Positions 1 through 9,730 of a stretch of 64,000 nucleotides of DNA are shown piece after piece. The notes beneath the pieces were generated by a model. The model saw nothing but the letters and a program-made list of their open reading frames with translations, was not told the DNA's origin and did not search any database. Every line of letters starts with the position of its first letter. Position 1 is the first letter of the stretch. Where the stretch lies: contig JBHGNT010000014.1 in assembly GCA_043228905.1 (NCBI GenBank), positions 62,001 through 126,000 of the forward strand, in the 5' to 3' direction. Source of the stretch: Azolla caroliniana (Eukaryota; Plantae; Polypodiophyta). The position numbers and the translations under genes are program-made.

Positions 1-513
1 TAATTTCAATTAGGATGTCTTCATTTAATTCTATATCATCTTGTAGATCGCTAGATTCCTCATCTTCATTGTCTTCGCTCTCTGCGCTTTCCTGACTATC
101 TGAACCTCTTAGAGACTCTATAGTTTCAACACATGGTTCATTTAATGACTCATCATCTATAGTGATGGAGGGTGGGATAGGTGTGCTTGTGTCAAATATC
201 CTTCTCCCACGCAGGTTTACATGAACTATTATCCACCATGTTGTATTCAGATTTTTTAAGAAGGCTTGTTGGCAATGTGTTGGCCAAAATATAAGGGTCC
301 TTAGTTGCTCTCAACATCTTAGATGAATCTACTAACCAAAACCCTAATGGTCCACATCGCATAGATGCACGTGGACCTTTATATTTTGCCCTAAAATAAT
401 TCACTTTAAATAATGACCTGTATTTTTTTTTCCAAATAAAAACTCCTTCCATTAGTTATAAACATAATGACATGTATTATTTTAATCAATTAGTTTAGAA
501 ATAAGATAAATAT

Positions 514-991
514 TGTCAAGGATAGTGTATAAATAGAACAAGGGATAAATAGAAAATAGAAAATAATAGAAATGTATATATATTAATCGTCGAAGATACA
601 ATGGTAACTGCAGATACTAAAACTGCAGAGGCATAAAAGGCAAAAAGGATGTGTTGAACCAGAATGGTTCTACAATGAGCCTAAGATGTCCTTATATACT
701 GCACGCGATCCTCGATGCTATGCCACGTGTCATACATGCATGGCCACACTGCATGCATGTGGATTGCATGCAAGATCCTCATGCATACAATGCATGCCAT
801 GACCATGATGACCATCATCCCATGCCCATCATCCTCATTCCCATCATCCACATGACCATCATACATCCATGCATAATGTCATCTTCATGTGCATCGATCT
901 CAACAAAATGACATGGTCCATTGCTTAAGACCTCGCCACGTGTATTTGACGGTCAATGGTTCGAGTCAAGATCATGGCACTGATCATGACA
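514..991 (-). repeat. 3' LTR of the chromovirus
   Basis: TGTCA...TGACA inverted termini; on the minus strand it directly follows the PPT AAGAGGGGGATAG. Confidence 0.7.
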
Positions 992-1089
992 CTATCCCCC
1001 TCTTAGAACGACGAGTCGTACGAGTCGACATGGAGACATGAGGATCGGGCTTCTGAGGATAGCAGGGATGAAACTCCTAGATAAGATCA

Positions 1090-1230
1090 TGAGCATTCAC
1101 CAAATTCTCAGAAGGTTCCCAGATGTGATCTTGTGGGCCATTGCCTTCCCAATCAACTAAATAATATAGATGACCATATCGGATCTTGGAATTGAGAATG
1201 GTTGCAACCTCATATTCAGTTCCACCAACA
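1090..1230 (-). pseudogene. Chromodomain at the integrase C-terminus
   Basis: Minus-strand translation EYEVATILNSKIRYGHLYYLVDWEGNGPQDHIWEPSENL matches the chromodomain pattern YEV..I...Y.V.W.G......WEP..NL. Confidence 0.85.
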
Positions 1231-1874
1231 AGCTCTACTGTAGGCGATGAAACACAGGATGAAGTTGCATGTGAGAAGGTAAATCAAGATGGAATGTCAC
1301 CTCATTAATCTAAATGGAGTGACCTTTGTTGAGGAGTGTACTGAAATGTAGAATATCCACCCAATTATCTTGTTGATACCTAATAAAACATCGGAGATAT
1401 TGCTCCAAAGTTTGATTAGTACGCTCTGCTTGACCATCAGTTTGAGGATGATAGCTAGAAGATAGACTGCAAGAAATGTGTAATAATGACAACAAGTGTC
1501 GCCGGAATTTAGACACAAACTGTGGACCTTGATCGCTAATGATGGTGTATGGTAGGCCATGATGTTGGAATACTTCTCGCATAACAAGATCTAATATTCC
1601 TTCACTAGTAATACTCTTTGTACACACCAAGAAATGTGACATCTTTTTAAATCTATCAACCATTGTTAAAATAGCATCAAAACCTTTAGAACATGGCAAA
1701 TCTGTGATAAAATCTAAGCAAATAGATTGCCATGGTCGTTCTGGAATCGGTAGGGGTTGTAAGAAACCATAGGGTCTATGTCATGGAATCTTGGTACGAC
1801 AACAAGTGTCGCATGTGCGAACATAATCTTGTGTTGGGATTACGGTCCCTCCGGATGGGATGGTCAGATGTCCG

Positions 1875-2000
1875 GGAACCGGATGATGAAGACCCGGTAT
1901 CGGAACCGGATGATGAAGACCTGGTTACGGAACCGGATGATGAAGACCCGGTTTCGGATCCGGATGATGAAGACCCCGGCTACGGAGCCGGATGACGAAT
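1875..2000 (+). repeat. 27-bp tandem repeat in copia-1 LTR U3 (4 units plus a partial here; 5 plus a partial at about 6625-6777)
   Basis: Unit GGAACCGGATGATGAAGACCCGGTTWC seen directly in both LTRs. Confidence 0.9.
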
Positions 2001-2497
2001 GTACCCGGAGAGAGATCCGGATGCGGGGACATATTTGTGAATATGTTTGCCAAGGGCCCTCGAGGCTATATTTGTAAATAGCCCGAAAGTCATATGTGTA
2101 TAAATATGACTTAGGGCAAACAATTTTGAGTTGTTACTTATTTTTCTGTTTTCCACTGTGAGCAGCCGAGAGAGAGAGAGAGTGAGAGAGAGAGAAAGGA
2201 AGAGGTCGACGCCTCTGTGTAATACCGCCGCCTGTGGCGAGGACAGCGAGCTCAAGGTCGTCGCCTTGCAGCTCGCCATTGTACATTCCCTGCATATAGT
2301 GATAGTTGGAGTCTTGCACTCCCGTGGTTTTTCCCGTCTAGGGTTTTCCACGCTAAACCCTGTGCATTCGAGTCTCTCTCTGTGTTTTCGATTTACTACT
2401 GCATTGATCCGTGTTTCCTCGGTTGTGGCCGAGAGGAGAAGGTTTGGAAAGCGTCATTTCCTAACAATCTGGTATCAGAGCGACTGCAGTGCAGAAA

Positions 2498-5400
2498 ATG
2501 GAAGGCGGCAGCAGCGGACAACCGGGGATGATGGTGCTGAATGCGCAGAACTACGCCGACTGGAAAATAAAGATGGAGGATCTGCTCATTGTTCGAGACC
2601 TGTATGAACCGATCGACAGGTCGGAAATACCCAAGGGGGTACTTGAGACGGAATGGAGGCTTCTGAACCGGAAAGCCGTTGCAACCATTCGGCAATACGT
2701 CGACGTGAGCGTTCTACAACATGTGGCGAACGACACCAACGCATATGAGATGTGGCAGAAGCTGTCGGGCCTCTACGAGAGGAAGAATGCGTTGAACCGG
2801 ACCTCCCTGATGAGGAAGATAGTGAACCTCAAGTACCGGGACGGCGAGAGTATGGTGGAACACGTAAGCACGTTCATGGGATTCGTGAACCAGCTTGCGG
2901 CGATCAAGTTCCCGTTGGAGGATGCAATGCAAGCCATCATGCTGATGTGTACATTGCCGGAAAGCTGGGAGAACTTGGTGGTGACTCTCAGCACCTCCTG
3001 CACCGAAGATAACTTGTCCCTACAAACGGTAAAGACAAGCATTTTGAACGAAGAAGCGCGTCGGAGAGATAAAGAATCGGCCTCCGATCCGAAGATGCTG
3101 CTTACCGAATCGGATCGGGGAAGACAACGGAACCGGAGTCCGCAAAGACGGGAGAAGTCGGGGACCCGGTCGCAGTCAAGAGGAAGGCCCACATGCTTCC
3201 ACTGTGGGAAGCCGGGGCACTTCCGAAAGAATTGTCGGCATTACCGAAAAGACAACGGAGCCGACGACACCGATTCGAAGAAGTTTTCGGAACGGAACGG
3301 TGCTTACCGGGGAGCCACGGACCAGAATGGTTCGGATCGGCGAGGGCAGGACCGGAAAGGAACGACGGCACTCGCGGCAAGTGAAGAGGAGATCATGCTC
3401 ATCACCGAAGAAGGTGAACTAAACATTGCCGGCGATGAGACTACCTGGGTGGTCGATTCCGGAGCGTCGTTCCACCTGACCCCGGAAAGAAGATACTTCT
3501 CATCCTACACAGCCGGTGAGCATGGCTGTGTTCGGATGGGAAATGAAGGTACGTGCCGGATTGCCGGCATAGGAGACGTGTGGTTGACAACCTCGACCGG
3601 ATGCAAAATGTTGCTGAAGGATGTCCGACACGTTCCGAAGGTTCGATTGAACCTGATTTCGGCCGGGAGGCTAGACGATGAAGGCTACACAGGTAGCATC
3701 CGGAACTACGTAATGAAGTTCAGCAAGGGGAGCCTGATAGTGGCTCGGGCCCGGAAAGTCAACACACTGTACCTTATGAATGCCTGGTTGTGTCCGGAGG
3801 AGTTGAACGTGGCAGCCGACACTGCCGGTGAGCTGTGGCACAAGAGACTGTGCCACATGAGTGAGAAGGGGATGAAGAGGCTTGCAGAAGACAACCTTAT
3901 TCCAGTGAAGCATGTGCACCTGGAGAAGTGCACCGATTGCCTAGCCGGTAAGCAGAACCGAACCTCCTTCCACTCAAGGCCACCGATGAGACGTAGCGCA
4001 CCATTGGAGTTGGTGCACACTGACGTGTGTCAAGTAGAAACGAAGTCACATGGCGGAGCCCAGTACTTCGTGACATTCATTGATGACCACAGCCGGAAGC
4101 TGTGGACGGCACCGTTGAAGACAAAGGACCAAGTGTTGTGTGTCTTCAAAGAACTCCACGCGAGAGTGGAAAGGGAATCCGGCAAGAAGCTGAAAGCGAT
4201 ACGAGCGGATAACGGAGGGGAATACCGGGGGCAGTTCAAGGAGTACTGTCGCTCGAAGGGAATCCGGCTCGAGTTTACTGTGCCGAAGACGCCGGAACTG
4301 AACGGGCTGGCCGAGAGGATGAACCGGACCATAATGGAGAGGGTCCGGAGTATGTTGGCGCATGCGAAATTACCCAAGGGGTTTTGGGCTGAGGCAATGT
4401 CGACGGCGACATACGTGATAAACAGATCACCCTCAGTACCTTTGGACGGAGACACGCCGCAGAGAGTGTGGACCGGTAGGGAAGTATCCTATCGGCATCT
4501 GAAGGTGTTCGGGTGTCTCGCATATGTGCATGTGGCAAAGGACCGGAGAGGAAAGCTAGATCCAAAGACCCGGCCATGCATATTCCTCGGTTACGACGAT
4601 GACGAGTTCGGCTACCGAGTATGGGACCCGGTCGACAAGAAGATATTCCGGAGTCGTGATATCATCTTCATGGAGGACAAGACACTTGCCGACTGGGAGT
4701 CGGAGAAGAAGATGAAGAGCTCCAAGTCGACCGGTGAGGATCAACTCTACGAGGAGCAGTCCCGACCGGCAAGGGACCGGTTAGCACTCGAGGATCCGGC
4801 CGAAGACGGTGAAGAAACAGAACCGGCCGAGGAAGATGAAACTGATACCGGAACCGGCCCCGATCCCGAAATGGATTCGGATGAAGAGGAAACGGAGGAG
4901 CCGGTTACCGAAGCTCCGAAACGGAGATATCCTCTAAGAGAGAGAAGGGCCCCCCGGAGATTTCCGGAACCAGAGCACGTGCTGCTAACCGACGAGGGGG
5001 AGCCGGAGAGTTTTGAAGAAGCAAAGCTTGACACCCATAGCCGCAGGTGGTTAAGTGTCATGCAGGAGGAGATGGATTCCCTGCATGAGAACCACACATA
5101 TGAACTTGTGGAGTTGCCGAAAGGAAAGCGGGCACTTCGAAACAAGTGGGTGTTCAAGCTGAAACCGGGAGATGCCGGAAACCCCCCGAGATACAAAGCC
5201 AGGATCGTGGTGAAGGGGTTCCAGCAGAAGAAGGGCGTCGACTTCGACGAGATATTTGCCCCGGTAGTGAAGATGACCTCCATCCGGACGGTGCTGAGCA
5301 TAGCGGCAAGCATGGACCTCGAGGTAGAACAGATGGACGTGAAGACGACATTCCTTCACGGTGACCTCGAAGAAGAGATCTACATGCAGCAACCGGAAGG

Positions 5401-6571
5401 ATTCGAGAAGAAAGGGAAGGAGCACCTGGTATGCCGGTTGAAGAAGAGCCTTTACGGACTGAAGCAGGCTCCCCGGCAATGGTACCGGAAGTTCGACTCT
5501 TTCATGACCGACGAAGGGTACCACAAAACGCAGTCCGATCACTGCGTGTTTGTGAAGAAGTTCGAAGGAGGAGACTTTCTAATACTCCTCCTGTACGTGG
5601 ACGACATGTTGATCGTCGGACGGGACCAGGTCAAGATACGGATGCTGAAGAAAGCGCTTCACCGAACCTTCTCAATGAAGGACCTGGGTCCGGCGAGGCA
5701 AATACTAGGGATGCACATCATCTGGGACCGGAAGAAGAAGCAGTTGTGGCTGTCACAGGAGAAGTACGTGACAAAGGTGCTTCACCGGTTCAACATGTCG
5801 GAAGCAAGACCGGTCGGGTCAACCCTCCCGGCAAACTGCAAGTTGTCCAGCAAGCAAAGCCCCAAGACAAAGGCTGAGAAGGAGGACATGATGAAAGTAC
5901 CATATGCCTCTGCCGTCGGAAGCTTGATGTACGCAATGGTGTGTACAAGACCGGACATAGGATATGCAGTCGGAGTGGTGTGCCGGTACATGAGCAATCC
6001 CGGCAAAGAGCACTGGAACGCGGCCAAGTGGATACTCCGATACCTGAAGGGCACGGCAAACGTGTGCCTCCGATTCGGCTCCGGTAAGCCCGAACTCGAC
6101 GGCTTTACCGATTTGGATATGTCGGTTGATGCAGATACCAGCCGGTCCACATCAGGGTATGTGATGACGTATGCAGGGGGAGCTGTTTCGTGGCAGTCGA
6201 GGCTGCAGAAGACGGTTGCGTTGTCAACCACGGAGGCGGAGTACATGGCGGCTGTTGAAGCCGGCAAGGAAATAATATGGATGAAGGACTTCATTAGAGA
6301 GCTCGGTATCCGGCAGGAGGAGTACCTACTCTACTGCGACAGTCAGAGTGCCATCCACCTTGCGAAGAACGCGGCCTATCACTCCCGGACGAAGCACATC
6401 CAGCGAAGATATCACTGGATCCGGGAAAGGATAGAAGACCAGGAGTTCGTGCTGACGAAGATCCACACGGACGAGAACGGGTCAGATATGCTGACCAAAG
6501 TGCTCACACCCGACAAGCTGGAAGCGTGCCGGAAGAGGGTCGGACTGGAAAGACATCCCATGCCGAAGTGA
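2498..6571 (+). CDS. Copia gag-pol polyprotein (gag, CCHC knuckle, protease, integrase, RT, RNase H)
   Basis: Uninterrupted ORF with CFHCGKPGHFRKNC, VVDSGAS, WHKRLCH..CTDC, RADNGGE, YVDD and TKHI; integrase precedes RT (copia order). Confidence 0.95.
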   Translation: MEGGSSGQPGMMVLNAQNYADWKIKMEDLLIVRDLYEPIDRSEIPKGVLETEWRLLNRKAVATIRQYVDVSVLQHVANDTNAYEMWQKLSGLYERKNALNRTSLMRKIVNLKYRDGESMVEHVSTFMGFVNQLAAIKFPLEDAMQAIMLMCTLPESWENLVVTLSTSCTEDNLSLQTVKTSILNEEARRRDKESASDPKMLLTESDRGRQRNRSPQRREKSGTRSQSRGRPTCFHCGKPGHFRKNCRHYRKDNGADDTDSKKFSERNGAYRGATDQNGSDRRGQDRKGTTALAASEEEIMLITEEGELNIAGDETTWVVDSGASFHLTPERRYFSSYTAGEHGCVRMGNEGTCRIAGIGDVWLTTSTGCKMLLKDVRHVPKVRLNLISAGRLDDEGYTGSIRNYVMKFSKGSLIVARARKVNTLYLMNAWLCPEELNVAADTAGELWHKRLCHMSEKGMKRLAEDNLIPVKHVHLEKCTDCLAGKQNRTSFHSRPPMRRSAPLELVHTDVCQVETKSHGGAQYFVTFIDDHSRKLWTAPLKTKDQVLCVFKELHARVERESGKKLKAIRADNGGEYRGQFKEYCRSKGIRLEFTVPKTPELNGLAERMNRTIMERVRSMLAHAKLPKGFWAEAMSTATYVINRSPSVPLDGDTPQRVWTGREVSYRHLKVFGCLAYVHVAKDRRGKLDPKTRPCIFLGYDDDEFGYRVWDPVDKKIFRSRDIIFMEDKTLADWESEKKMKSSKSTGEDQLYEEQSRPARDRLALEDPAEDGEETEPAEEDETDTGTGPDPEMDSDEEETEEPVTEAPKRRYPLRERRAPRRFPEPEHVLLTDEGEPESFEEAKLDTHSRRWLSVMQEEMDSLHENHTYELVELPKGKRALRNKWVFKLKPGDAGNPPRYKARIVVKGFQQKKGVDFDEIFAPVVKMTSIRTVLSIAASMDLEVEQMDVKTTFLHGDLEEEIYMQQPEGFEKKGKEHLVCRLKKSLYGLKQAPRQWYRKFDSFMTDEGYHKTQSDHCVFVKKFEGGDFLILLLYVDDMLIVGRDQVKIRMLKKALHRTFSMKDLGPARQILGMHIIWDRKKKQLWLSQEKYVTKVLHRFNMSEARPVGSTLPANCKLSSKQSPKTKAEKEDMMKVPYASAVGSLMYAMVCTRPDIGYAVGVVCRYMSNPGKEHWNAAKWILRYLKGTANVCLRFGSGKPELDGFTDLDMSVDADTSRSTSGYVMTYAGGAVSWQSRLQKTVALSTTEAEYMAAVEAGKEIIWMKDFIRELGIRQEEYLLYCDSQSAIHLAKNAAYHSRTKHIQRRYHWIRERIEDQEFVLTKIHTDENGSDMLTKVLTPDKLEACRKRVGLERHPMPK

Positions 6572-6957
6572 AGGGGGAGTTTGTTGGGATTACGGTCCCT
6601 CCGGATGGGATGGTCAGATGTCCGGGAACCGGATGATGAAGACCCGGTATCGGAACCGGATGATGAAGACCCGGTTACGGAACCGGATGATGAAGACCCG
6701 GTTACGGAACCGGATGATGAAGACCCTGTTTCGGATCCGGATGATGAAGACCCCGGCTACGGAGCTGGATGACGAATGTACCCGGAGAGAGATCCGGATG
6801 CGGGGACATATTTGTGAATATGTTTGCCAAGGGCCCTCGAGGCTATATTTGTAAATAGCCCGAAAGTCATATGTGTATAAATATGACTTAGGGCAAACAG
6901 TTTTGAGTTGTTGCTTATTTTTCTGTTTTCCACTGTGAGCAGCCGAGAGAGAAAGGT

Positions 6958-9585
6958 GTATTAACGTCTTCTAAGGCCAAATTTGGCCCATGAGACAATT
7001 GGTTTACAACAATAGAGTATTTATCCAGTCATCATAACTAAAAATAAAATTAAGTAAAAAAAAATAGAACTTAAACTAAAAGAGTTCTAGTAGTGTACAA
7101 TATGTAGTATACTCGAAAGTGACTATACACTAAGCCTAATTTTATTTCCACCCAAGCCTCTCGAAAAGAAGTGGGGGGTCAAAGGGTCTTGATGTGGGTT
7201 CCAATGTAGAGAGTGCCCTAGCCATGGCTTCTAGGTGGTGTAGCTCACGTTCCCTTATTTTCAATATTGCGTCCACATCACGTTGAGTTGTTTTGAAACC
7301 CGGCACCCAAGGACGTCTGGTTCTTCTCTGGTTTTCTGCCTCATCAATGGAAAGGCCGAGTGGTGCAAGTGTGTCGGCATTCGTTGTCTCCTCAGGTTCC
7401 TGAAAAACTGCATTTGTTACATGTTCGTGATCATTAGCAGCATTATTGTCAACATTTTGTAATTTATTCTCTCTGTGTTGTTTTAGCTCTAGAATGTATT
7501 TGCCTAATTTCTTTATATCTAGAGTATCTAATAGTTTGGGGAGGGTGGGAGACGGACCAAGTATGTCTTGGTATTTTGCCCTTATCTCGGCATAGGTTGG
7601 ACACTTGCAAGTAAAGTGGTACTCATCCTCTATCTCTATGTGACATAACCTACATATCCTTTCCTCCCTAGGGACTCCACTAGTACGGCCATTTTCAATC
7701 TCAAGTTGGTGAGATGATATTCTAAGTTGTCCAATGGCAACCCTTAGTGCATGTGGTAAGAATACATCTAGATATTTTGGCCGTGTGATAAAACCTAACT
7801 CAGAGAAGTGCATGAAGTGTTTCTTATAGTACGACATTTTAGATGGGAGTGGCTCTGGTGGGGTGATCCATTTACACCGAGTGTAAATTTGCCATATTTC
7901 TTGGCGTATTACTTTATTGCGGTTCTCATGAGAGATTAAGATGTTATCACTCGTGTGGTTGTACCTAAGGGGAGGTAGGTTATTAATGTCTAGACCATTC
8001 GCAAGAAGCCAAGTCACCATCATGCCATACCATGAGCTAGTATAGCCGGACTCATACAATGATCGAGAGGCCTTAAAGGCTTGATGAGATATTCTATCAT
8101 GTGGTTGGCTATGTATCCTATCAATAAAGACTACAAGTTGAAAAAGTGCCTCTACTAGCATTGGGGGTAACGTGAACTCGGCCCTAATAATGTCATGTGG
8201 TACAGTCGATTTGCTTCGGAGTTGGCGTGATAGCATCATCACCAATGGTCTCTCTAATTGCGTCCACATGAAGGATGGTAAACCTGGAGCCCAAACCGCA
8301 GATGCATACATGAGGGAGGGGGTCACTAATGAGTCAAAGAGCCACCCTTTAGTCCGTGGCTCTTGAAAGTGTGCTTGGTGGCATTGTCTCTCTAGGATTG
8401 AGAGGGATGCATGTCCTCTCATGAGTCTATCCTTCGCTGCCTGTGTCATCGAAAATTTACCTGAGCGGGCACTAAAAGTGACTCCGAGATATACGTACGA
8501 TCCAACCACCTCGACTGGGCTATGGGAGATAGTTAGGTGACACTTAGCTCTAACTTGGGCCGATGTGTGGAAGATAAGGACTTTCGTTTTCCCTAGATTC
8601 ACTACCAATCCTCGTTGTACACAAAAGTCATCTAAGGCATTGAGGTGCCTCTGTAGGTCGTGTTCGGATTCAGAGAGCAAAACTATGTCATCCGCATAGA
8701 GCAAGATACGAACTTGCGTATCCCCAAGGACCACTCCGGTGCCTCCCTCACGAGCAATAAAATCTGTGATCTCATCAATGTAAATCCCAAAAAGCGTCGG
8801 TGATAGGGGGCAACCTTGTTTTACACCAATAGTGCTAGTGAAACGATTGGATAGGCCACCTGGGCATCGGACACACCCGGACACTTGTTCATATAGTGCG
8901 TAGATGGCCCATACCATATCATCTGGTATCCTCAAGCTTTTAAGTCTATCAGACAACCGATCTCTAGGGACTGTGTCAAAGGCTTTGCGGAAGTCCACAA
9001 AACAACAATATAATCTCTTCTTGCGAGCCCTAGTTTGGTCAATTAGGCATCTAAGTGTGAAGATGTGATCAATAGTGGAGAAGGCTCGTCTAAAGCCAGC
9101 TTGTTCAGGTGCACGAAGGTTTAGGGTCTCCATGTAGTCGCTAAGCTCTGCTTCCATTACTGCACCATATAACTTAGCAAGGGTATGGCCTATCATAATG
9201 GTCCTATATGTATTTGGGTCCATGGGGTCCCCCCCTTTATGTATGGGGGTCACTGTATTCATAGTCCACTGTGGTGGAAAACCCTCCGCAAGGGCACGAT
9301 TGAAGATTAGAGTTAGCAAGGGAGCTAGGCACTCTCTCGCATATATAATGTGTTCTGCTCGCAATCCTGTGTGGTCCATGGATTTCCTATGTTGTAATTT
9401 CTTTATGACCTTCATGACCCTAGAGGTCGTGAAAAGTGTCCCCGTGGTAGGCCGGGGTGTGGAAGGCATTGGAAAAGGTGGTTGGTTTGGGATTTGGTAA
9501 AGTCTCTCTGTATATGTGTGCCAAGTTTCGGGATCTTCGATGGGTGTTTGTGGTCTTGGCTCCCGTAGTCTCTTCCATGCCGTGG
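6958..9585 (-). mobile_element. 5'-truncated non-LTR retrotransposon (RTE-like LINE)
   Basis: Stop-free RT (QAGFR, FVDFRKAFD, GVKQGCPLSP, YADD, YLGV) with a C-terminal CxxC..ExHF..C motif; the APE domain is lost by truncation. Copia LTR sequence stops at 6957 and resumes at 9586. Confidence 0.92.
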
Positions 9586-9730
9586 CGACGCCTCTGTGTA
9601 ATACCGCCGCCTGTGGCGAGGACAGCGAGCTCAAGGTCGTCGCCTTGCAGCTCGCCATTGTACATTCCCTGCGTATAGTGATAGTTGGAGTCTTGCACTC
9701 CCGTGGTTTTTCCCGTCTAGGGTTTTCCAC
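7142..9730 (-). CDS. Chimeric ORF: 48 aa from antisense copia LTR fused in frame to LINE RT
   Basis: The N-terminal MENPRREKPRECK...LHRGV matches (one substitution) the antisense ORF 1980..2351 in the 5' LTR; the remainder is LINE RT. Confidence 0.6.
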   Translation of the reverse strand: MENPRREKPRECKTPTITIRRECTMASCKATTLSSLSSPQAAVLHRGVATAWKRLREPRPQTPIEDPETWHTYTERLYQIPNQPPFPMPSTPRPTTGTLFTTSRVMKVIKKLQHRKSMDHTGLRAEHIIYARECLAPLLTLIFNRALAEGFPPQWTMNTVTPIHKGGDPMDPNTYRTIMIGHTLAKLYGAVMEAELSDYMETLNLRAPEQAGFRRAFSTIDHIFTLRCLIDQTRARKKRLYCCFVDFRKAFDTVPRDRLSDRLKSLRIPDDMVWAIYALYEQVSGCVRCPGGLSNRFTSTIGVKQGCPLSPTLFGIYIDEITDFIAREGGTGVVLGDTQVRILLYADDIVLLSESEHDLQRHLNALDDFCVQRGLVVNLGKTKVLIFHTSAQVRAKCHLTISHSPVEVVGSYVYLGVTFSARSGKFSMTQAAKDRLMRGHASLSILERQCHQAHFQEPRTKGWLFDSLVTPSLMYASAVWAPGLPSFMWTQLERPLVMMLSRQLRSKSTVPHDIIRAEFTLPPMLVEALFQLVVFIDRIHSQPHDRISHQAFKASRSLYESGYTSSWYGMMVTWLLANGLDINNLPPLRYNHTSDNILISHENRNKVIRQEIWQIYTRCKWITPPEPLPSKMSYYKKHFMHFSELGFITRPKYLDVFLPHALRVAIGQLRISSHQLEIENGRTSGVPREERICRLCHIEIEDEYHFTCKCPTYAEIRAKYQDILGPSPTLPKLLDTLDIKKLGKYILELKQHRENKLQNVDNNAANDHEHVTNAVFQEPEETTNADTLAPLGLSIDEAENQRRTRRPWVPGFKTTQRDVDAILKIRERELHHLEAMARALSTLEPTSRPFDPPLLFERLGWK

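Noticed and set aside
1-452. Minus-strand acidic reading frame at the window start
   Set aside because: Contains a stop and has no recognisable motifs; insufficient evidence.
1880-1975. ATGATGA motifs suggesting a hammerhead core or snoRNA C boxes
   Set aside because: No CTGA core, no GAAA partner and no D box or terminal stems.
1732-2077. EPDDEDPV and RNRMMKT repeat ORFs (also 6581-6854)
   Set aside because: Translations of the 27-bp LTR tandem repeat; no independent coding evidence.
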